A DNA stretch of 57,353 bases, the filler included, from Catajapyx aquilonaris (Eukaryota): assembly GCA_000934665.2 (NCBI GenBank). It is 4 parts of 4 records of this genome, joined end to end, with 100 filler letters (N's around TTAATTAATTAA, not from the genome) between each part and the next. Parts side by side here need not be neighbours in the genome. Positions count along the whole stretch, not along the records: positions 28,705 to 42,950 come from JYFJ02007841.1; positions 43,051 to 57,353 come from JYFJ02007842.1; 2 more parts are not named here. One strand, given 5' to 3'. Every line of letters begins with the position of its first letter. Position 1 is the stretch's first letter. The translations under genes and the position numbers were made by a program. Of the stretch, positions 35,301 through 47,520 are shown piece by piece. Below the pieces are notes generated by a model. That model made no database searches, was not told the DNA's origin, and saw only the letters and a list, made by a program, of their open reading frames with translations.

Positions 35301-36422
35301 TTTACAGGAAGTGGCAAGATTGCATTTTGTCGTCGTGTACTTTACTATTATTAGGCCTATTATTATTCATTTGTGAGACTAGTGTTTGAATTTTCTCTAG
35401 TTCTCGAAAGTATACCCCATACCGGTAATCCGTATTGGATAATTGGCACAATTTTTTGCTGAAAACAGTCTCATTACTACTGAAACATCCCTGACCTTAT
35501 GTAACTTCTTTAGTGTGGGCCAGAGTTGCCCAATTGCCTTCCTCGCCTTACATATTGTCATGGCGTGGGCGAATTTGGTCGAGGCCGAGAAAGGTATCCC
35601 TAAGGTAAATATAATATTGCACTATCTCCAGTTCTTGTCCGGAACAGAAAAAGTTAATCATCCTGTCTCTTAAATTGAATATTTTTTAATCCCGAAAAAA
35701 AGTGTTTCTCGTACTGTACCGTGTATCACTGTACCTTCCTTACCCTGGCACCAACACCTGCAGGCTGCAGGTGTTGGTGAGAGGGGGGAAATGCGTATAA
35801 AGGGCGTTTCGGGGGTCCTTTTATACCACACCTGAGACCTTCATTTCACCTGACATCGCATCGTTTATTAATCCGGTCCACCGGACCCTTTTGCACATTT
35901 CCCGTTGACCTTGGTCCTTGGAAACAGCGTGGGAAGAACCAGCTGCGATTCTTGTGTGCTATATACACCCGCTTAGGATTTCACCAGGAATGCAAGGGGT
36001 CTATTATTGTGCCCAAAAGTGTCGGGGGTCTCGGACCTTTCGGTCGTATTTTGGGGGAGATTAGGCCTGGGAATTTGGCCAGCCTGGATGAAAGGTTGAG
36101 TGAAGAAATGTTGCCTCTTTTTGGCCCTCTTTTTAGGGGTTTGAACAGGACATTCTGAGAGTGAGGGGGAGGGGGTCATTTCCCACCTTTTTTTGCAGGG
36201 GACAGTCATAGCCAAGAGAGTCACACATGTTACGACAGGACACACAGCCGATATAGGAAAATACCCTGCTTGTTTATAAAGCAAGTCCACCTGCAATACT
36301 ATACAGAATAAATTTATAGTCACCTGCACTTCCTTGTAAAAGGCTGGATATGAAGTCATCTGTCGAAATTCCGAGACGAACTTTGCAGCTAATCCGCTCA
36401 AGCTCTCCTCCTCCGAGCCCAT
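32347..36422 (-). CDS. TBC1D19: TBC1 domain family member 19-like, about 523 aa, 8 exons
   Basis: Exons 36324-36422, 34032-34359, 33671-33819, 33458-33575, 33209-33396, 32927-33155, 32664-32865 and 32347-32605 join in frame. Recognisable motifs: EPISYLRRAQSHWERR, RPLYAPRDFL, LGLIQVPLKV, AQEFLKKGCPLSLRGKIW, TASNDDQYFVF, FPPSGLLPFH, FSGYLPSEQLLLLWD, LEAVLADLS. Confidence 0.92.
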
Positions 36423-36859
36423 CCTGAGAGGAATAAGGAAATAATCCTGCCTTGTTGTCCTTTCTCCAAATTCTGCTGTGCAACTGACCTTACCGTGACA
36501 AGCCCCACCTTCCCCGGCCCATAGTGAATAAGTAAGCGGATCAATTCTGTGCCAGGTGGTAATAGCCACTGATGTAAAAGGGACGAGCTATCGATTACGA
36601 ATTCTGGTGGCCGATGTGGGCTATTCCATCACAAGTCACATACATTTTCAGATTTTAGTGACCAAATTTGGGGAATGAATATATCAACATTTCATGTGTA
36701 TGGTCATTTTTATCAGCAACAATATTGTCGTTTTTATCGACAACAAATAAGCAAAACTTCCGATTACATATATAATTATGTACTATCCACAATGCAATTT
36801 AGCGAATTGACTTGTTCAGTACTTTGTGTGGAGATAAACATCATTGTCTGCTTTTGTGG

Positions 36860-38677
36860 TCATTTCCTTGCAATTAATTCTCTAAGGAAGGTACAAAGAG
36901 CAATGATACTTCCAGAGAGGAGTATCCCAAATGCGCCTGACATTTTCTGCAAGGAAAATTTTCGCAGAGTGTCACCAGAAAGATCTTGATTATTTCTTAT
37001 TCTTGCCAGTCTCCAGTGATGGACAAACTTGTTGAAACTGTCTCGCTTCATGGCAAGACCGATGCTGTTGAACACTTGGATCCAAAAATTGAAAGAGTCG
37101 TTGTACACTCCTTCCTTTGCGAATGCCATGGACATGTAAGTTGAGATAAGGTTGTCGTTGGAGATAAACGTGCTTTCCAGCCCCATCCTGGTCTCCATGT
37201 CTTTATGCATTATTTCCAGCAAGTCTTCTCCGGTCATACAAACACTATTTTTCGCAAACAATGTTTCGCAACACTCGAGATCCGATGTCACTTGTGTCAT
37301 TTTCGATATTAATTTTGCGTATTTGACTCGCGCGATCGGATCGGCCGGTTCCACCAACATGCCTCGAGTGATTTCCATCACATTTATCTTAAAATCAGAT
37401 TCGATCAATTCCTCAATAGTTTCCGGAACTGTTTCCGTGAAAGGGAATGTCAAGATATGAAACAGTTTGGCCTTGTAACCCGTGTTGATTATGATTGTAA
37501 AGTAAGTCCAAAATAGGATGAAAGTCCTGATTGACGATGAGTGTCCAGAATATCGCGGACACTGCTCGACTATTACACGTGACAAGTACTGAACGCTGCT
37601 GAGTAACCTACAAAACCGGGTTTTTCCTTTCTGTACTGTTCGCGGCTTCGAAATTAAAAACAGAATCAAACTGCAGGCCAACAATGAGGCTGCGAAAAGA
37701 CACCAAGTGTCTACATTGTACGGACGTAAGAGAACAAGCGGAGTCTGTATGACCTTTGGTTTCCTAGCGAGAAAAGTCAGCCGAACTCGTTGATGTGGTG
37801 CGATCATATCAAAAATCGCGTTGTACTTTTCCAGGTTCACTACTGATATAAGAAACGAAATCTTGGCCGTTTGTACTTGCTCCAAAATATGCAGTGCGTA
37901 ACTTCTGTTGCTTACAATTGCTGGAACGTTCACAAAGTCAGTTTTAAATGTGAAGTTGAGGGCTTGTGACACGAAGCACGCGTGAATAAATCGGTGATAT
38001 GGATCGCAGTCATGGTGGGTCATGACCTCATCCGAAATGCTGGTCAGCAATTTGCGGTTAAAGTTGCGGGTCGTATCTCTAAACAGCATTTTAGAGAGCG
38101 TGGATTGATCTGCTGAACTGAGAAGTACCGATTCAATTGTTGGATTCCCATTGTTGCAATGAAAACAGGATGTTGTTATTGCTCGAGATGCTGTGATGGC
38201 GACCTTAAATTTTATGCTTGCTGCAGGTTTGTTGATGATAAATTGTTCGTCGTGTTCGTCTCTGATCCAAATTATGAGCCTGTTTTTATCTTTCTTTACA
38301 ACAAAAGTGCCATTAGCTGGGTCTAGCACTTGATTCATCGCGTTTTTATAGCTGTCCTTGCAAACTGTGATTAAGTTAACAATGCACTTATGCTTCACTC
38401 TGAACTGTTGATTGCTAGTCGATTTGGCCAGCAGAACAGGTCTTCCTGATCGAGACATGTTGGACACCAGGACTTCCAGATGTTTAGGCCAGCCCCATTC
38501 GAGGTCATAGGTCACGGCCAGAGGACACTCCCGGTCGACACCTGTTTCTAATACACCCCACACTAGTTGTGCTGTCCGATAGTCAACACTGTTATCACTT
38601 ACTAGGATGATGCACATCACAGCTGACATCCACGTTGATATCGAAATTAAATACACAATCGTAGTAATATTTGCCAT
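36860..38677 (-). CDS. Divergent ionotropic receptor (IR, iGluR-derived chemoreceptor), intronless, about 605 aa
   Basis: Single ORF with a signal-peptide-like N-terminus (MANITTIVYLISIS), LTFLARKPK, LLRPYNVDTWCLF (pre-M1/M1), SSIRTFILFWTYFTIIINTGYKAKL (variant of SYTANL), PETIEEL, and C-terminal FSLQKMSGAFGILLSG...FLRELI. Confidence 0.88.
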   Translation of the reverse strand: MANITTIVYLISISTWMSAVMCIILVSDNSVDYRTAQLVWGVLETGVDRECPLAVTYDLEWGWPKHLEVLVSNMSRSGRPVLLAKSTSNQQFRVKHKCIVNLITVCKDSYKNAMNQVLDPANGTFVVKKDKNRLIIWIRDEHDEQFIINKPAASIKFKVAITASRAITTSCFHCNNGNPTIESVLLSSADQSTLSKMLFRDTTRNFNRKLLTSISDEVMTHHDCDPYHRFIHACFVSQALNFTFKTDFVNVPAIVSNRSYALHILEQVQTAKISFLISVVNLEKYNAIFDMIAPHQRVRLTFLARKPKVIQTPLVLLRPYNVDTWCLFAASLLACSLILFLISKPRTVQKGKTRFCRLLSSVQYLSRVIVEQCPRYSGHSSSIRTFILFWTYFTIIINTGYKAKLFHILTFPFTETVPETIEELIESDFKINVMEITRGMLVEPADPIARVKYAKLISKMTQVTSDLECCETLFAKNSVCMTGEDLLEIMHKDMETRMGLESTFISNDNLISTYMSMAFAKEGVYNDSFNFWIQVFNSIGLAMKRDSFNKFVHHWRLARIRNNQDLSGDTLRKFSLQKMSGAFGILLSGSIIALCTFLRELIARK

Positions 38678-39882
38678 ATCTAATAATACAGTGACTCGAA
38701 CCGGGCCCTTCAGTGGTGTGATACTGTAGCGCACTGAGGATAAGAAAGGTTTGGTTCGTAACTATATGAATAACCTCGTCATGTAGTACATATAGATGTG
38801 GATAGCAATCCTGTCATGAAAGCGAGGCACACGTGAATAAATAAGCAATATTAATGACAGGGTGTGTGACACTTATATGGCAATCCAAAGCGACATGATG
38901 CTCCACCACATATCATCCTTCATCGACTATATAGTAAGTAAGTGTTTGCTTCGATCGACTATTTGCTGAGGTCGTTGTCTGAAATGGAATATTTTCTATA
39001 CGGGATCAATCATTTTTGTTTCAAGAATTGCACGTTCCATTGCTCCAATAAGTACTGCACTATGCACTGCCCAAAACTTCATTAGACTAAAGTTTATCAT
39101 ACAGTTTGGTAAGACCTGCCCAATAGATTTTGAATAAGTCATGAATGCAGGACGTTTCATTACCAGTGACTGATTACATTGGAGAATGACTAAATCACTA
39201 AGTGGTGACACTTATGATCATATTACATGCCACTTAGGTGTTGTAAACTATTTCCTAATGTAATCAACGTTGTGGTAAATTTTTTTGGCAGAATAACAAA
39301 TGCAGCTGAATTATACAGTATTAATGAAACCAAAAATTTGCGTGTAATAACAGCGTGATATCAACGACCGGCCTGAGGATGTACTTGGTAGTAATCAGCC
39401 ATCTGAACACCAAGTGTAGCCTAACGAACTCTGTATCGCCCTAACACAAGTTCACTTGATAAATGTTATGTTACATAACATCGGAGACAACAAAAAACAT
39501 TCAAAATAATCCCAACCTACCAGAAGCTGAACCACCTACAACAATAGCAATTTTTGTAGCAGGTGCTATACCTGTTGAAAAATCCACAGTCCACAACAGA
39601 AGTGAAAGACATTATTTTACTATCACTACCACTCTTTTAATATAATAATAATTTTTAGTATACACATAAAGCATGGCTATTGTGAATACTGTATAATTAT
39701 AAATTCCATGCTATGGATTATCAGAATGCAGGCAGAAGGAATGACTCAATGACGCGTAATCCTCTCACAGACTAGGGGTCAGCGGCGACGCCGAATCGTG
39801 ATGATACTGGCGCCGCATGTCCCTGAAAATAAAAGACATTGATTTACAACACTGGATAAGTCTCATACTTGATTGCTTTTAT

Positions 39883-40024
39883 AGGCCACACCCGCCTCCT
39901 TCCTTTCCTATCCTATCCCAAAAAGCGCAGTAAAAACGAAACGAAGAGTTCCAGTAAAAAAAAAAATCCCCCCTAAAGAGCCGCCGGCTGATAACGGGGT
40001 ATGAATGAATTATTCATTATTCAT
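39883..40024 (+). mobile_element. 5'-truncated copy of the tRNA-SINE
   Basis: Matches the 3' part of 27419-27779 (ctatcctatcccaaaaagc...gaagagttccagt...ccccctaaagagccgc.ggctgataacgg.gtatgaat). Confidence 0.85.
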
Positions 40025-40347
40025 CGCCAAGTTCTCGCCGCACTTCCGGACCACCTTTACCCGACACAACTCACGTCATTTTGACCCCCTCGAATCTTCG
40101 CACTGGTGAACACACGTGGCTTCAAAAATTTTATTTGGGTAGATAAAAATCGATTAAAAATAATGCCCCCTTACTTCCATGTTCATATCTCTTTTCATTT
40201 CCGACTTTAAAAATCCTAAAAACTCCCAAAACGGCCAAAACGGTCATACAAATACAACAACAAATTCCTAAATACCTAAAATGCAAAATAATACAAATAC
40301 ACAATTCGAGGTCATCAACAGCCTATGTGTACCTAGGGAACAATAGG

Positions 40348-41931
40348 AGGCCTTTATGCACAAAGGAACCAGGTGTAATGTGAACTCACATGACACCTGG
40401 TTCCTTTGTGCATAAAGGCCTTTTCCGAATTTGTGTGGCGTATGGCATTACCATACAGAGGACAGAGCCAAGGCCCGAGTCTCACTAATGCACTCATCGA
40501 TATGGGTTCCTCTGTCTTCTCGTGCGGTCAAGCCTACGTGGCTCTTTCCAGAGTTAAAAGTATCAATGGAGTGCATCTCATCAATGCCTCCTTTACTAAC
40601 ATCAAGGCTCACGAGTCAGCTATTCTGGAGTACGATAGATTGAGATCTGTTTACCGACCAGACTTATCCATACTCAAAAGAATGGGCTATGCGATCAGGT
40701 GTAGCAGATGTCCAATTCGCACAACCAGAACAGAAAAAAGGAAGCGTAATATGAGAAAGCAGAAGAAAATCATACTTATTCAGAGGAAAAGATTGAGTTT
40801 TATATAGCCTACTTTCGTATATCACATACACATATTGCTCTAAGTTATTCATGACCTTATTTGGATTAATTATTACTTGATTGCTTTTTATATCTCAAAA
40901 TGTTGGCGCTAGATTTTTTATACACAACAAACCGCCAATTAGGAAGGCAATCAAATCAACATAACCGTTTCTAGTAAGAATCAGGTCATTTTTTGTCGCT
41001 ATAAATAAGATAAATCGGCGGAATGTGTCTTAAGAGAACGATAATTTTTTTCATATTCTAACTGTCAGCTATGGAGGAAAATAAATATGAAATGGGCAAT
41101 CAAAAAGTGGATTTGAAATCAAACCGTCACTTCTTTGGAGGGGGGGGGGGNGGGGGGGGGGGGGGGGTGGCAATACAAGTAGCCTACTGTACAAGTATAA
41201 ACAGTACATTAGAATAAAATAATGAGGATCATACCTGTATATCTGGTGGCTGGAATTTAAACGCGGGTCCCTCTGAACCCAGCATTTACGGCGCTGAATC
41301 TCGATAAGAGCGTCCAGTTCTTCCTTCGAGTAGTTCATGTTGCCATCGGTGGTCTTGACGAGGTTGTCAAAATACGGTGGCGGTACGAAGTGAAAGTTGG
41401 AGGAGGGAGGCGAGAAAGGTTCGAATTCATATGAGAGGTCAGGGGTCGGGTCAGGAGAAACAGATGCAGGAAATTTTTTGTCAGGAGGTACCTTCTCTGG
41501 TGACCTAATGATGTCCTTTGGAGCTGGAATGCAGGTCGATTATTATTAAAATTACAGAATATTATCACAGCTTGGCCCTCCCGAGGGAGGGTAGTCAGTG
41601 TATCATCATGATACACCTTCGTGGATAGTCCGGGGGTAGTCCGTGTATACGCAAATACTGTAAATGCAAGTGAATAACCACTCGGACCCTCCCCAGTCAA
41701 CTAGTCAAGCCATCAGCCGCACAAGACAATGATAAAAAAGATCAAGAGTCTGCAAATTCCGTGTGCATCCGCTCACCGAAGGTCACAATCATTATTGCTA
41801 ATAAGCCTCGTTTCGTGAAAACTGCACGCTGCGCTGTCGAATATATATAGCGTCTAGACTACCGGAGACTACAACTGGAGGCCTTTATGGACAAAGGAAC
41901 CAGGTGTCATGTGAGTGACAAAAAGGCCTCC
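40348..41931. mobile_element. Helitron/Helentron-like remnant bounded by repeated hairpin termini
   Basis: 74-bp palindrome at 40348-40421 whose left arm recurs as a direct repeat at 41877-41931; encloses a PIF1 helicase fragment. Confidence 0.6.
40431..40680 (+). pseudogene. PIF1-family (RepHel-type) helicase C-terminal fragment, frameshifted
   Basis: CVAYGITI followed by a frameshift into SQGPSL (motif V), then IDMGSSVFSCGQAYVALSRVKSINGVHL (motif VI) and AILEYDRLR. Confidence 0.85.
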
Positions 41932-42191
41932 ATACTAGTACCATCAAACGGGGTGACCTTGACCAGGCCCTGACCGTGACTCATAAATCTTCCTACGCAG
42001 CATTGTAAACAGAAAAAAAATTCTTTGCACTCGGCGCCCTTTTGGCCGGCGTGGTCGAACACCTAATATATAAAAAAATCCACAGTTCTGGGATCTTCAC
42101 ACTTATATCTTCGTAAAACGGAAATTTTGGACCTAGTTCACCTCGTTTGACAGTAGTTTAATTGCAATTTAACGATCACTCTCACTATAGT

Positions 42192-42617
42192 CTATATCAG
42201 TCTCGAAATATACAATTTTGCATTGCATGTAAATTCAAACAGTCTGATTTGTTTTTGTTTTGTATTTTTGCACTCACCTGGTTTTGTCTTCTGTCTAAAC
42301 CCATGTCGCTTCAAAAACCGTCGACACCACTCTTTGTTGAACTCCCTCTTCTTCTTCTCCTGCAGAATCTCCGCAGCTTTACGAATCGACGCACGAGTAG
42401 TTTCCAGACACTCGTCGTCGTCTGCCAACAGTCCCGGTTCTTCCAAGGCTAGTCCCAGAGAAATGCAGGCGTAGGTCTCGACTAGTGTCCAGGCGCACTT
42501 GGGAAGCCGGGCATGGCACCTGCCACACTGTGACATGTAGTTATGGAAGCCACGGTACCGCATCCTCCGCCGGCCACCAACTCCGACGGACTGGGGGAGC
42601 GGGCAGAATTGAGTCAC
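42192..42617 (-). pseudogene. Possible pogo/Tigger (CENP-B-type HTH) transposase fragment
   Basis: SIRKAAEIL and FNKEWCRRFLKRHGF resemble the HTH-CENPB signature (F..S.GW..RF..RH); no DDE domain is visible. Confidence 0.35.
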
Positions 42618-42950
42618 AAGGTTACCCTCAAACAGTAGTTGGAAGAATATCCAGTAGATGGAGGCTCGTGTCGGGTTGACTGGTTGTGTAACTAAAAAAA
42701 CAGGCAGCTGGTGGCTAACAAAGAATGGAAACAGACATCTGGCCTCAGAATGTGGGGAAAATTATGACATTTGAGTCTGTCACGGGCGACTTCACATAAC
42801 AAAAACAGGCTGGACGTCTCGCACGAGCTTAGAATGTAAATAAACAAGCTTCCTAAACTCCGTTTACTGAAAGAATGAACACACGTCACAGTTGACGTCA
42901 CGATTTTTTATGCATGGACTTGTGCACCCCGTGTGACGTCACGCAGGCAT

Positions 42951-43050
42951 NNNNNNNNNNNNNNNNNNNNNNNNNNNNNNNNNNNNNNNNNNNNTTAATT
43001 AATTAANNNNNNNNNNNNNNNNNNNNNNNNNNNNNNNNNNNNNNNNNNNN
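42951..43050. other. Artificial spacer (N44-TTAATTAATTAA-N44)
   Basis: Identical to the other two spacers. Confidence 0.97.
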
Positions 43051-46000
43051 AAAAAAATGCTTTCCAAACGGTATATTAAAACTGTTTATTTCCTGCAAGG
43101 AATGAAAGCAGTGCATCTAGTGCATTTTTTAATGTTACGGTACATGCAAATGAGAAAAAAATAACACTATTCTTTCAAGACAATTGTTTTTTTTTAAAGT
43201 AGCGTGCTGTTTAAAACGCTTGCTCTTAGGCAAGAAAAAAAACTAATTTCCAAACAATGTAGTAGGACACGGTGGCATCACCTGTGACATTGTTCAAATT
43301 AATTGCGACACCTTTCCATATCATATCTACCCACAACCTGCGGGAAAAGAGGCCCTTTTCTGGGTTATCACCGGATTAACACAATGGCATTAGCCGCAAT
43401 TAATTAAGCACAAAAGCCACTCGAATTCAAGGTTATCTCCCAATATTTGCATACCTACACCTGCAAATAGTTAAGCAGTGTCATACACACGATTGTTCGA
43501 CACAATGCAGTGATATATTGCGCAAAACAATGTAATACTGTTCAGTTTTATGTCTTATTTCTCTGTGACTGGATCAGTTGTACGAACTCATGTAAATACA
43601 CCCAAGAGTTGAATATGCTAACCAAAGCGTGATTGACCACCTCAGATGCGGCAATGAAAAACTTTGGCTTATTATTTTCAGCTATATGCAACGATGTCCC
43701 ATGGGGCCAACACTATATGAACTCAAATTACGGACGAAAACATCTATGTGAAAATTGGTACTGTAAACATAAATGAGAAATTTCTACATTTTCTTTCTGA
43801 CAACAAGTCCCAAATTTTCTACTAAAACTTTCTCTAAGTGAATAGTACACATCCAGCTGCCCCTCGCGCCTAAATATATTAATGAAATATATATATTTAA
43901 AAAAAAAACACCGCCCGGTTCACACTGTTACATAAGACATCTTACCATGTGTCCTGGCAAACCATGCTCCGAATAGGACTCGAACACCTAAATGTGAGTC
44001 CAATCCTCTTGATACACACCTCAAAACCGAACCTACGAAGCTTGAGCTTCATTCAGAAAAATAAATCCGGTACTACACACAAACGACACTGTTGTAAGCC
44101 TGATGTTACCACCACGGTGGTGACTGGACGAGTAATATTCTCCCGGTACTGCAGCCAACTTTTTCTTTCCTAGCTATCTATGGAATGGGGGGNGGGGTCT
44201 ACGCAAGTCCTCATGTCTGGGCATGCTTCCAATTGGAAGATGTAGATATATGGGGGAACTAGACAGTGGGGGGAGAGATGCACGTAGGCAATATTCACAT
44301 ACACACCCCCCCTTCCTAAAGTTATATGGCATCAGGCCAGAATGACACTTGAAGGAGGGGCCTGCAATGAATTCATCCTATCAGAAGCTATGGCACGTAT
44401 CTTCCTACCAGGTACATACAAAAAAAAAATTTACCATCACAAAATGTGTGGATGAATGCAAGTACATGTATATGTGAAACAATAAGGATCCGGCATAGCA
44501 TGAACAATGTACATTCACAATTGATTTGCACCCCATTGAAAAAAATTTGGCAACAGCTAAATTGCACACAGCTAAATTAATGTCCATTCATATTCAAATT
44601 TGCCTAAAACTCGTTCCTGCTGAAACTCACGTAGGCAAGGCCACGCCTCAAGCCTTTTCCATGCTCAACAGCACGTAGGCTCCCTTTTCCTTTTTTTTTT
44701 TTGTAGGCCGAAATATCGACCCTGTGACGTCCCAACTCATTCTGTCCCACTAAACAGGCTTGTTTATCTTGTCACAAATTAAACGATGCCGAACGACCGC
44801 TTCATTACGTATATCTGACCTTATCTGAATTTGTTTGGAGGTGGTCAGGACAACATTGCATGACGAATTGGCCACTTCGTCGCGTAGTAAAGATCAGCTG
44901 CAATATTTGTGCGAATTTTTTCCTGTTCTACTTTCAAAAGTTTAGTAAAAAAAAAACATAAACGAGTTTTGCGGCAACACTGGCGACCTTGCCCTTGACA
45001 GTGAATTACCATGCAACTTTTTTTTTTCACGTACTCTCTCTAAACTCACACACACAGTTCCCTAGGGGGCTGTGAGTTATTTTCAAGTTGCTGAGGCATA
45101 CCAACATGACGTATTCGAGTCAAGGGTACAGCTTGGCACCATCAAAATTCGTGGAGAGGTGCGAATAACGCACATGTTTACTCCGTGAAAATGTGTGTAC
45201 GAGTGTGAGACAAGCACCAGTAAAGTCTGACGTGTTGTTACTTAACATTGTGCATAACGAGGTCGAGGGCTTTTATACTACACTATTTTCACAAAGATAA
45301 AAAACAGTTGCCTATTTTAAATGTATATCTGGAGCATTGTGTCATATGGTGCGTAACAATACATCTCGATATGTTATATCAAGCTTGGGGATTATTATTA
45401 TGCAATAATGGGGTGAAAACTGGATTTTCCAGATTTGGCATATACAACCTTGGTGGAAAATCACGCCACTAGGCAAATTCGGCCTTGAATTTGAAGTGAC
45501 CTATGTCAATAACGCGTTTTTTATATTGCCCACTGTTCTTATGAGGACGTGGGTGTGCATACGGTGTATGTCACGATACGAAGTGCAGGCCCTCAGCTAG
45601 CCTGAAATAGAATCGCAGAAGATCTGGCCAAAATGTTTTTCGTGGTTTGACTTTAAAAAAAGAAGAAAAAAAAAGACATCCGGTGCTTCTGTGCATATGT
45701 CGACCTCTACTAAATTCCTTTTAAAAACCGAGTCGACCCACTTTGTTCAAAAAAGCTCAGTTAACCCTGGTTAACTCTGTGCTTACAAACCCTTGACGAT
45801 AACATCTCTGCCCACAATAAGTCCTGGCTAAAATTTCACAACCTTAGACTAAATATCGGAAGTACTTGACCCATATTGCAAGTCACACTTAAGACATTTT
45901 AGCAAAAGAGGACAAGTACGAAAAATAGTCTAGTTATTTGCTATAATGGCCCAGCTCAAGGCGGATAATATGCAAATACTAGCAGGGTGATTGATAAATA

Positions 46001-47520
46001 AATGTGCCACATTTTCCGAAGATGAGACACCAAACATATATAATATATTAAATAATCTAAATTTTTTGTATTTTAGACTTTAAAAAAGTGCAGTTTTCGG
46101 ATATTTCACTACATTAGCGGAACGTATGACGTCAGTACCGGTATGCATAGTTTCAGACTCTCAGTCAGCTCTCAGTAGTCCAGAAGTGATTTAGCAGTTG
46201 TGACATACATATAAATACCGACAAACCTTTGCCCAAAAAGCAGCAGTGCACAAAAAGAATATTTTCTTCCTAATAGATAGATATTAAATATTTTTGAAGC
46301 ACTTGAAACATTTATAGGCGGAAATTAACTGATCTGCTTCATGTCTATAATGTTCATATGAACCTACATTTTATGGCTCTATCTTCCTGACCTGCATTCC
46401 TTCGGTCTGAGGATGTGCGAGGGTTTGCTGTCGTGTGACCTTGAAGTTCCGGGATATTAGCCGGAAATGATGATATCGAGGGTTGGTCATTAAAACAAAA
46501 ATTGGGGGTGTCATGCTTCCAAGCAAGAATCATTTCCGCCGGGCTTCGTAAAAAAAAAAAAATGAAAAATGAAAAGATCAGCAAATTGCTAGAGGACTTA
46601 TCAGATTGCAACCGGTTGGAAAGCTTGTATTACTTTCGACGCCAGGTTTAGCTCGTGTGACTAATTCGACGCTTAATTTTTTTTTAAACGTCTACATAGT
46701 CCTGAATGGCATTCACACGTCATCAGTTCGAAAAATTCCTAACTGCTTACCGTTATTTTTTGAACGTCCACACAAGTGTGACTCGTTGCCAGAAGTGTGG
46801 CCTTCGCTGCCTTCTTTCATTCCTGTACTTTGCCCCCATTCGAAGCCCGATTCCCATCGCGAACCACCTTGAGATCGCCAATTTTTTTATTAGCACTTAT
46901 CCTTGGAATAAACCGGAAAACCCACATTTGCAAAAAAAAATGACGCGTGGGCCTATATTGTGGGCATATAATTGCGGTCGCGTTTCCGGGGGGACAAAAT
47001 TTCCTGGAAGTAGTTCCGACACTGACCAGTCGCTAAATTTCCACTTAAATTAGAGGGAAAAAAACATTGAGCACTTTCTTCCACTTAAACGCATTTGGTA
47101 AATAAACCACAGTAATATTGGCTCATATTTTTCCATTTAAATCCCATGGACCTTCCGACTTGATTTTTTACATGCATAATGTACTTTCCACATAATTTGT
47201 GTACTCTTAAATGTTCCACATACTATGTAAAAATCAGTGGAAAATGATGAAAGTTACATGAAAAATGCAGAATTTTTGTAGCAAAAATATGTCGAAACTG
47301 CTCCAATTTCCGACTCATGGGAAATTCATTCCACCTATTGTAGTCCAAATGTGCGGATGGAAAATATTTCTACTTAAATTCCGGCTTAAATGAGTGGAAG
47401 AATTTGCTCCATATTTTCTGCTTGAGGCGTGGAATGATGCTTTCCCACACCATCCCCTAGTTCCCCCACCGGCCAGAAGAGCGTCGCTAGTGTCGCCCGG
47501 CCATCTTGGCTGTCACTCAC

